Assembly (NCBI GenBank): GCA_964248365.1
Contig: CAXTYC010000002.1
Coordinates: 230,547-294,546 of the forward strand
Length of the DNA: 64,000 nucleotides
Direction: 5' to 3'
Origin: an uncultured Chroococcidiopsis sp.
GTDB lineage: Bacteria; Cyanobacteriota; Cyanobacteriia; Cyanobacteriales; Chroococcidiopsidaceae
In this document: in pieces, positions 43,771 through 50,630 of the stretch
How positions within the stretch are numbered: the first letter of the stretch is position 1
Layout: every line of letters starts with the position of its first letter
The notes under the pieces: generated by a model
What the model saw: only the letters and a program-made list of their open reading frames with translations
Told to the model about the DNA's origin: nothing
Database searches by the model: none
Made by a program: the position numbers and the translations under genes

Positions 43771-44523
43771 ATGACAATGCATCCTCTACTCCAAAGCGCA
43801 TTTGAGCAAAAACGGGCGTTGAAAGTTATTAGCGGCTTGAATAATTTCGATTTTCAGCACGTAGGCGCTATAGTAACAGCAGCCGATCGCGGCGGTGCTA
43901 CTTTTGTCGATATTGCTGCTGATGCTGACTTGGTGCGCTTAGTTCGTAACTTGACAAATTTACCAATTTGTGTATCAACCGTCGAGCCAGAGAAATTTGT
44001 AGCAGCAGTAGCAGCAGGGGCTGATTTGATTGAAATCGGTAACTTCGATAGCTTCTATGCCCAAGGACGCAGATTTGAGGCAGAAGAAGTACTTGCGCTT
44101 ACATGGCAAACGCGATCGCTCCTACCCAACATTACCCTATCTGTTACCGTACCCCACATTTTGGAACTCGACCAACAAGTACACTTAGCAGAGGAACTAG
44201 TAAAAGCTGGGGCTGATATTATTCAAACCGAAGGTGGCACTAGCAGCAAACCAGCGCATTCCGGTACGAGGGGAATGATCGAAAAGGCTTCCCCCACTCT
44301 AGCAGCTGCCTATGAAATTTCAAAGCAAGTCACAGTACCAGTATTGTGCGCTTCGGGTATATCAAACGTGACTGCTCCCCTGGCGATCGCCGCAGGTGCA
44401 GCGGGTATTGGTGTCGGTTCTGCCATTAACCAACTCAACAGCGAAGTAGCGATGATTGCTGCTGTACGTGGCTTAGTCGAAGCTTTAGAAATTAGCCGCT
44501 CTGTTATAGGGGCTAGGGGCTAG
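43771..44523 (+). CDS. Ycf23 / DUF561 family protein
   Basis: LKVISGLNNFD, GGATFVDIAAD, EIGNFDSFY, IIQTEGGTSS, GVGSAINQLN-type motifs. Confidence 0.88.
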   Translation: MTMHPLLQSAFEQKRALKVISGLNNFDFQHVGAIVTAADRGGATFVDIAADADLVRLVRNLTNLPICVSTVEPEKFVAAVAAGADLIEIGNFDSFYAQGRRFEAEEVLALTWQTRSLLPNITLSVTVPHILELDQQVHLAEELVKAGADIIQTEGGTSSKPAHSGTRGMIEKASPTLAAAYEISKQVTVPVLCASGISNVTAPLAIAAGAAGIGVGSAINQLNSEVAMIAAVRGLVEALEISRSVIGARG

Positions 44524-44656
44524 GGGCTAGGTGCTAGGGGCTAGTAAGAGGATGGGGAGAGGGGGAGAGGGGGAGAATTATGAATTTCGACTTCTGACTT
44601 CTGCCTTCTGCCTTCCGACTTCTTCCCTAGTCCCCAGCCCCAAGCCCCTAGTCCCT
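44508..44656. repeat. Mirror-arranged STRR arrays between convergent genes
   Basis: AGGGGCT array left, CTTCTGA/CTTCTGC array, CCCTAGT/CCCCAGC array right. Confidence 0.8.
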
Positions 44657-45794
44657 AGTTCAAACAGTCTTTGAGGCTATAAATCACCTGCTCTTGTTGC
44701 AGGGTGGTAAGTTCGGGGAAAATGGGCAGGGATAAAACCTCTAGACTTGCTTGTTCTGCAACGGGAAAACGCCCCCTTTGATAGCCTAAATCTTTGTATA
44801 CGGGCTGCAAATGTAAAGGGATGGGATAGTAAACCATTGAACCAACGCCTTGTTGTTGCAACTGTTCGCGCACCTTATCCCGCCACTCGCCTCTTGCCTC
44901 TAGCCCCTCGCCTTTTTGCACACGAATGGTATATTGATTCCAAACGCCTTTACCGCCTGGTAGTTCTTGGGGGGTGACGATGTTAGGAAACAAACTCAGA
45001 TACTGATGGTAACGTGAGGCGATCGCCCGTCTTTGTTCATTCCAGGTATCTAGATATCGTAACTTTACCTGAAGAATTGCAGCCTGCAATGAATCCAAAC
45101 GGCTATTGATGCCAATTTCTTCATGATGGTAACGACTTGTTTCGCCATGCACTCGTAATGTTCTAATCTTATGTGCGATCGCCGGATCGTTGGTTGTCAC
45201 CGCACCCCCATCACCGCAAGCACCCAAATTCTTAGTAGGGTAGAAACTAAAACAGCCAATATGTCCAATACTACCTACTTGTTGCCCTTGAAACAATGCT
45301 CCTGTAGACTGGGCGCAATCTTCGATTACTGCGAGTTTGTGGGATGAAGCGATCGCCATCAGTGCAGTCATATCTACTGGCTGCCCGTATAAGTGGACTG
45401 GGATAATTGCTTTAGTATGTGCTGTAATTGCAGCTGCTACTTGTGAAACGTCAAGATTAAAAGTTTGGGCATCAATATCAACAAACACAGGTGTCGCCCC
45501 CACTGCACTGATTACCTCAGCCGTAGCGAAAAAGGTGAAAGGTGTAGTGATTACCTGATCGCCAGCACCAATTCCTAAAGCCCGCAGAGCCAGATAAAGT
45601 GCATCTGTACCAGAATTACAAACTACACAATCTGATACACCTATATAATCGCTAAATTGTTGCTCAAAGCCCAAAACATACGCACCACCGACATAACCAC
45701 CAGAAGCAAGCACCCCTAACACAAGATCGTCAACTTCTGCTGCAATATTTTTGTACTGCTGTGCCAAATTTAGAATCGGAATAGAATTATTCAC
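44655..45794 (-). CDS. DegT/DnrJ/EryC1/StrS family PLP-dependent sugar aminotransferase
   Basis: NSGTDAL, PVHLYGQ, IEDCAQS, FSFYPTKNLGACGDGG, NSRLDSLQAA, LSLPIFPEL. Confidence 0.94.
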   Translation of the reverse strand: MNNSIPILNLAQQYKNIAAEVDDLVLGVLASGGYVGGAYVLGFEQQFSDYIGVSDCVVCNSGTDALYLALRALGIGAGDQVITTPFTFFATAEVISAVGATPVFVDIDAQTFNLDVSQVAAAITAHTKAIIPVHLYGQPVDMTALMAIASSHKLAVIEDCAQSTGALFQGQQVGSIGHIGCFSFYPTKNLGACGDGGAVTTNDPAIAHKIRTLRVHGETSRYHHEEIGINSRLDSLQAAILQVKLRYLDTWNEQRRAIASRYHQYLSLFPNIVTPQELPGGKGVWNQYTIRVQKGEGLEARGEWRDKVREQLQQQGVGSMVYYPIPLHLQPVYKDLGYQRGRFPVAEQASLEVLSLPIFPELTTLQQEQVIYSLKDCLN

Positions 45795-46011
45795 GCTTTG
45801 AACCGTAAGTTTTTTATCTTAGTTAATCAAATCAAAGTTTTTACCGCAAGAAAATTCTGGTTTTACTGGTAGTTGGTAGTTGGTAGTTGGTGAAAGGGGA
45901 AAAGGGTAAAGGGAAAAGGTAAAAGGTAATTTCTCCCACTCTCCCCTACTCCCTACTCCCTACTGGGTTTCCCATTTTCTTTTACTGTTTCGAGGGCTGC
46001 GTTGTGGAATT

Positions 46012-46788
46012 ATGGATAACTTAATTAAGCTAGATTGGGTAGATTTGGTTTTAGCTATAGGGCTGATGGCGATCGCTATTGGTTTATCTGCTTGGCAGCG
46101 ATTAGGGCTAGAGTGGAGTTTGGCGATCGCAACACTTAGAACTATTTTCCAGTTACTCTTAGTCGGCTCTATCTTGCAAATCATCTTTGAGCTAGACAAT
46201 CCTTGGGCTGTTTTAGCAATCTTGGCTGTGATGCTAACGATTGCTGCTGTTGTTGCCCGCAATAGAATTGGTAAAAAGTATCCTCTGGTTTTACCCTTAG
46301 TCTGGGGTTCAATTTTCCTCAGTACTGCTTTAACCCTGTGCTACACAACCGTGCTGATCGTTCAACCAGCCAAATGGTATAATCCACAATATCTAATTCC
46401 CCTAGCTGGAATTGTATTTGGAAATGCCATCAATGGAGCAGCGATCGCGGGAGAACGTTTTGTCAGCACGATCAACGCCAGTCAGCTAGAAATTGAAACT
46501 CATTTGAGCTTAGGTGCAACACCCCAAATTGCAGTAGCACAGTATCGCAAAGATGCCATTCGAGCCGGATTGATTCCCAACCTCAACCAAATGATGGTAG
46601 TCGGTATAGTCACTCTACCAGGAATTATCACAGGTCAATTGTTAAGTGGAGTGAACCCACTCGATGCAGCTTCCTACCAAATATTAATCATGTTCATGCT
46701 TGCCTTTGCCAACCTCTTGACAGCCGTCTTAGTTACTCAAGGGCTTTGTCGCCAGTTTTTCAACTCAGCCTCCCAGTTAGTTCGGTAA
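46012..46788 (+). CDS. UPF0014/FetB-like ABC transporter permease
   Basis: LRTIFQLLLVG, PQYLIPLAGIVFGNA, LSLGAT, GIVTLPGIITGQLLSG..PLDAASYQI. Confidence 0.88.
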   Translation: MDNLIKLDWVDLVLAIGLMAIAIGLSAWQRLGLEWSLAIATLRTIFQLLLVGSILQIIFELDNPWAVLAILAVMLTIAAVVARNRIGKKYPLVLPLVWGSIFLSTALTLCYTTVLIVQPAKWYNPQYLIPLAGIVFGNAINGAAIAGERFVSTINASQLEIETHLSLGATPQIAVAQYRKDAIRAGLIPNLNQMMVVGIVTLPGIITGQLLSGVNPLDAASYQILIMFMLAFANLLTAVLVTQGLCRQFFNSASQLVR

Positions 46789-46795
46789 GGGGCGC

Positions 46796-46924
46796 GTAGG
46801 GGCATTATATGCCATGCCCGTACAATCAAGGGCATTATATGCCATGCGCGTACAATCGGTGTAGGGGCGGGTTTATAGATAGATCTCACCTGAACACAGA
46901 TCAACTGGTTAAACCCGCCCCTAC
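46796..46924. repeat. Cluster of GTAG-family REP elements
   Basis: 30-nt tandem duplication of GGGCATTATATGCCATGC(C/G)CGTACAATC, then a perfect 15-bp inverted repeat GTAGGGGCGGGTTTA...TAAACCCGCCCCTAC. Confidence 0.8.
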
Positions 46925-47051
46925 GATAATGCGGTTGTGCAAACGAACTAGATGTTACGAATTACCCACAACGGGAACCGAGGAAATGTAGAATATCGTC
47001 ACCGCCTAAATCCTTTTTTCCCAGGCTGATGGAAATCAGAAAATTATTCAA

Positions 47052-47861
47052 ATGAAAGAGCAAGCGGATCTGAATGAATATAAACAGCAAGTAATAGCAG
47101 ACTTCAATGGGAGAACTAACTATGACAATGAATTTCGTTACCGTTTTGCTGATCCTCTAGTCAAGTTAGCCCAACTACAAAAAGGACAACACGTTCTAGA
47201 TATAGCAACAGGTACAGGTATAGTAGCGATCGCAGCTGCACAAATTGTAGGTTCTGAAGGTAAAGTAGTTGGGGTGGATATCTCCTCTGGTATGCTTGCT
47301 CAAGCACAACGAAAAGTAGAAGCAGCAGGTTTACAAAACGTTGAATTAATCGAAGCAGATGCAGATTATCTAAACTTTCCCAATGACAGCTTTGATGCGA
47401 TTTTGTGTTCTAGTGCGATCGCCTACTTAACAGATATTCCCGCTTCCCTACGACAATGGTATCGCTTCACCAAACCAGGTGGAATTGTAGCTTTTTCTTG
47501 CCTTGCCCAAACAGCTATTACCGCGTCGATCTTATTTCGGTCAAAGGCGCAAAAATATGGTATTACAATTCCTAATCCCAACGAAATCCTTGGTACACCC
47601 GAAAAATGCCAAAACCTGCTACAGTCAGCAGGCTTTCAACAGATCAAAATAGTAACACAACAGTTTGGCGGTTATTTTACCACTGCACAACACGCTTGGC
47701 AAGCAAATGCTAATAGTGCCTATGGTTTTCAAGTGTTTCAACTTGCACCAGACAAATTAGAGCAACTAAAAGCCGAATACATTGCACAAATTGAAGCTTT
47801 AGCCACCGATCCCGAATTCGGGAATGATTTTACCACCTTCTTTGTTTTAGCTCACAAGTAG
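47052..47861 (+). CDS. Class I SAM-dependent methyltransferase (UbiE-like)
   Basis: VLDIATGTG, VVGVDIS.GML, SFDAILC, KPGG. Confidence 0.9.
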   Translation: MKEQADLNEYKQQVIADFNGRTNYDNEFRYRFADPLVKLAQLQKGQHVLDIATGTGIVAIAAAQIVGSEGKVVGVDISSGMLAQAQRKVEAAGLQNVELIEADADYLNFPNDSFDAILCSSAIAYLTDIPASLRQWYRFTKPGGIVAFSCLAQTAITASILFRSKAQKYGITIPNPNEILGTPEKCQNLLQSAGFQQIKIVTQQFGGYFTTAQHAWQANANSAYGFQVFQLAPDKLEQLKAEYIAQIEALATDPEFGNDFTTFFVLAHK

Positions 47862-47862
47862 A

Positions 47863-47949
47863 CGTTGCACAATCAACAGATATTATTCTTTGTCTTTCTT
47901 AGCGTCTTAGCGTCTTTGCGTGACACTATCCTCCAAACTTTGTGCAACG
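47863..47949. repeat. Short element with terminal inverted repeats containing a CTTAGCG/CTTTGCG repeat
   Basis: CGTTGCACA ... TGTGCAACG 9-bp inverted ends around CTTAGCGTCTTAGCGTCTTTGCGTGACA. Confidence 0.55.
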
Positions 47950-47953
47950 CCGA

Positions 47954-48166
47954 CTAAGATGGGGCGGGAACAGGATCAAGTTCAGGTACTACATCCGGTT
48001 CAGACGTAGGAACTGGTTCTGGATCTGGTTCTTCGGGGGTCGATGGAGAATCGGGAACTGGTTCGGGATCTGGTTCCGGTGAAGGAACCGGATCGAGTGC
48101 AGGGTTTCCGGTAATCCCCATCAGATAAAAGCAAAGAATTGTGAAGAGTAGTTGAGGAAATAGCAT
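47954..48166 (-). CDS. Small protein with hydrophobic N-terminus and Pro/Asp/Glu-rich tail
   Basis: AGAAGG upstream of ATG 48166. MLFPQLLFTILCFYLMGITG then PEPDPEPVP-type repeats; starts 16 nt after the upstream gene's stop. Confidence 0.55.
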   Translation of the reverse strand: MLFPQLLFTILCFYLMGITGNPALDPVPSPEPDPEPVPDSPSTPEEPDPEPVPTSEPDVVPELDPVPAPS

Positions 48167-48182
48167 AGTTGACCTTCTATAA

Positions 48183-48710
48183 CTATGAACTACTTTGCCC
48201 ACTTAATGGGGCTTCGATCTTCTCGTGTTCACCTAAATTATCAATCGGCGTACCCGTAATAACCGACTTCAAAAAGCCTACTAGACGCACAACTTTGCTA
48301 GATGGTGAATCCCAGTATTCGGCTTTATTAACGCTAACCTTCAGTAGTGCCAGATTTGGATCTTCCAATCCTTGGGGAAACCAGGCTTTGAACAGAGGAT
48401 TCCACAATTGTTCTATTTTAGAGCGATCGCGCACAAGCGTTGCAGTACCCGATACAGAAACATACTTTTGTTTATCTGGTTCGGCGTAACTAACGTTAAC
48501 GTGTTGATCGTGTTCAACTTCATGAACTTTAGGTGCATCGGCTGAGGTAAAAAACCACAAATCGCCATCATACTCGACTTCTTGCGTTGCCATCGGACGA
48601 CTGCGTAAACTGCCATCATCCTCAATCGTCGTCAGCATAGCAAACCTGATATCTTTGATCAATTCACGCAACTTCTTGATGTTTTCTTCGTGGTTGTGAT
48701 TTTCTGTCAT
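48183..48710 (-). CDS. Pyridoxamine 5'-phosphate oxidase-like / general stress protein 26 family
   Basis: AMLTT...LRSRPM, LWFFT, VNVSY, YVSVSGTA, WFPQGLEDPNLALLKV..AEYWD. Confidence 0.9.
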   Translation of the reverse strand: MTENHNHEENIKKLRELIKDIRFAMLTTIEDDGSLRSRPMATQEVEYDGDLWFFTSADAPKVHEVEHDQHVNVSYAEPDKQKYVSVSGTATLVRDRSKIEQLWNPLFKAWFPQGLEDPNLALLKVSVNKAEYWDSPSSKVVRLVGFLKSVITGTPIDNLGEHEKIEAPLSGQSSS

Positions 48711-48819
48711 TACTTTGCTATTTTTCCGTTGTATTTCTCAAAAAGCGATCGCACTTTTCTTTAAAACAACAGATAACATTCTCTTTTGGGCTGCAAGTCT
48801 ACCCACAGAAGTGTTTCTT

Positions 48820-49509
48820 CTAATTATCACTTTGCCGATTCCCCAACCACTTCCAGACAATTGGTAACAGAGATACCACTGCTAGCACACCCAAACCGCC
48901 TACCAGGGGTAATGGTGCGCCACCCGTTGCAGCTTCTAATCCACCGTATCCCAGCCAAGTGTAGGCAAAAGTTCCTGGTACAATTCCAATTAAAGTTGCC
49001 CCTACGTAAGCTGGTAGAGCAATAGGTGTAAGTCCAAGTAAATAATTAACAGCAATAAATGGAAAGATGGGAGAAAGCCGAATTGAGAGAACAAACCAAA
49101 AACCGTCTTGTTCAATTCCTTGACGCAAAAAGGGAAGGAGATCGCCTTTTTCAAATTGCTGTCTCGCCCAATTTCCTGCGATGAAACGGGCGATTAAAAA
49201 TGCGCCTGTCGCCCCCAATGTAGCGCCCACCACCGTCCATAAAGTTCCGAACACAGTGCCAAATATTGCCCCTGCCCAGAGAGTTAATATTGAAGCAGGA
49301 AAGGCAAGAATGGTGGCGATCGCGTAAATTAAAATAAATCCTATAGGTGCAATTCCCGCTTGTTTTTGTAATAAGCGTATATTTTCAGGTTTAATCCAAG
49401 TAGCAATTGGTGTTAATTTGAATCCGATTAAAGCAACTATAATTAACATTGCTCCAATTAGCGATCGTACCCATAAATATTTATTGTTTGAATCTTGTTT
49501 TTTTAACAC
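48820..49509 (-). CDS. TVP38/TMEM64 (DedA/SNARE-associated) membrane protein
   Basis: FPASILTLWAGAIFG..FGT...GATLGATGAFLIARF, RLSPIFPF..VNYLLGLT, T.IGIVPGT. Confidence 0.92.
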   Translation of the reverse strand: MLKKQDSNNKYLWVRSLIGAMLIIVALIGFKLTPIATWIKPENIRLLQKQAGIAPIGFILIYAIATILAFPASILTLWAGAIFGTVFGTLWTVVGATLGATGAFLIARFIAGNWARQQFEKGDLLPFLRQGIEQDGFWFVLSIRLSPIFPFIAVNYLLGLTPIALPAYVGATLIGIVPGTFAYTWLGYGGLEAATGGAPLPLVGGLGVLAVVSLLPIVWKWLGNRQSDN

Positions 49510-49612
49510 ATTCGTTGTATTCTATTTATAATTGCTTGCCAGATATTTATATATTCAATATTTCTTGTAGGGTGGGCATTGGTGGCTAAGCATACTCGTC
49601 GATCGCATCTGA

Positions 49613-50599
49613 CTACACCAAAGCACCACCACAGCTAGAACCACTTCCTGCGGTGCAACCATAGCAATAAGGTGCAGTTTGTATCTCATCAATTAAATTC
49701 AAAGTTCCAGCCGCCAACAACTTGCCAACCGTTAAAGTTTCTCCATCACGAGTTAAGGCAGGCAAATTCATCATCTGGTTAAAGTCACAATCGTAAATGT
49801 TGCCCAGATAGTCTACAGAAATTTCATCTTTGCACATTAAATGCTCAACTGTACCAGGATTAAAATTTGACTCTAAAAACTGCAAGTAAGGAGCATATAT
49901 TTTCTTGCGTTGTAAATGTGTCAACGTGCGTCCAACTGGTATATTAGTAATAGTAAATAGGTTGTTAAATACAATGTTAAATTTTTCTTGCAAGAAAGTT
50001 TTGTAATCTTGTTCTAATTTTTTTTGTTCTGGGGTTAGGGAAAAGTTCTCACTATTAGGCAATTGGGGATTGTACACCAAATCTAAAATTAAATCCTCTT
50101 CTTTTCCATAGCCCAAGTTATTTAGCCATTGCAGTGCTTTAATTGAAGCATCAAATACTCCTATTCCTCGCAGCTTATCAACATTATCTGCTAAATAGCA
50201 GGGCAAAGAAGCAACTATTCTTAGCTTATTGTGAGCGCAATATTCAGGAATATCACCAAATCCAGGCTCAAAATAGATAGTTAAATTCGACCTAACAATT
50301 ACTTGTTTACCTGTAGATCGTGCTGCTTCTACTATTGGTTTGAAGCCATAATTCATCTCTGGTGCGCCACCAGTAAGATCGACAATTTTAATTTCGGGAA
50401 ATTGATAAATTAGCTCAATTATTTTTTGACAAATTTCTGGGGAAAGTTCTTCAGTTCGTTTTGGTCCTGCTTCTACATGACAGTGACTACAAGCAAGGTT
50501 ACAACGTTTGCCCAGATTAATTTGTAAAACCTTGATTTTGCTTTTAGTTAAAGGGGAATTTAACTTTTTTTTAAAAGGTGTTACTGCTGTTTGAATCAT
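49613..50599 (-). CDS. arsS: Arsenosugar biosynthesis radical SAM protein
   Basis: LQINLGKRCNLACSHCHVEAGP (C33/C37/C40), DLTGGAPE, ASLPCY, YDCDFNQM, C-terminal CYGCTAGSGSSCGGAL; linked to arsM. Confidence 0.9.
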   Translation of the reverse strand: MIQTAVTPFKKKLNSPLTKSKIKVLQINLGKRCNLACSHCHVEAGPKRTEELSPEICQKIIELIYQFPEIKIVDLTGGAPEMNYGFKPIVEAARSTGKQVIVRSNLTIYFEPGFGDIPEYCAHNKLRIVASLPCYLADNVDKLRGIGVFDASIKALQWLNNLGYGKEEDLILDLVYNPQLPNSENFSLTPEQKKLEQDYKTFLQEKFNIVFNNLFTITNIPVGRTLTHLQRKKIYAPYLQFLESNFNPGTVEHLMCKDEISVDYLGNIYDCDFNQMMNLPALTRDGETLTVGKLLAAGTLNLIDEIQTAPYCYGCTAGSGSSCGGALV

Positions 50600-50630
50600 A
50601 TCACTTGTGAATTTTATATTTGGGTTGGAT

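Noticed and set aside
46796..46991. Possible CRISPR mini-array, and the 60-aa ORF 46809-46991
   Set aside because: There are only two adjacent 30-nt units with no spacers and no cas genes. The ORF is translated REP sequence.
47052..47861. Methyltransferase as part of the arsenic cassette
   Set aside because: It is on the opposite strand, separated by two genes and repeats, and lacks the ArsM cysteine pattern.
49613..49680. Selenocysteine in the ArsS C-terminal motif
   Set aside because: The SSC codon is TGT and the ORF ends at TAG after GGALV, so there is no in-frame TGA.
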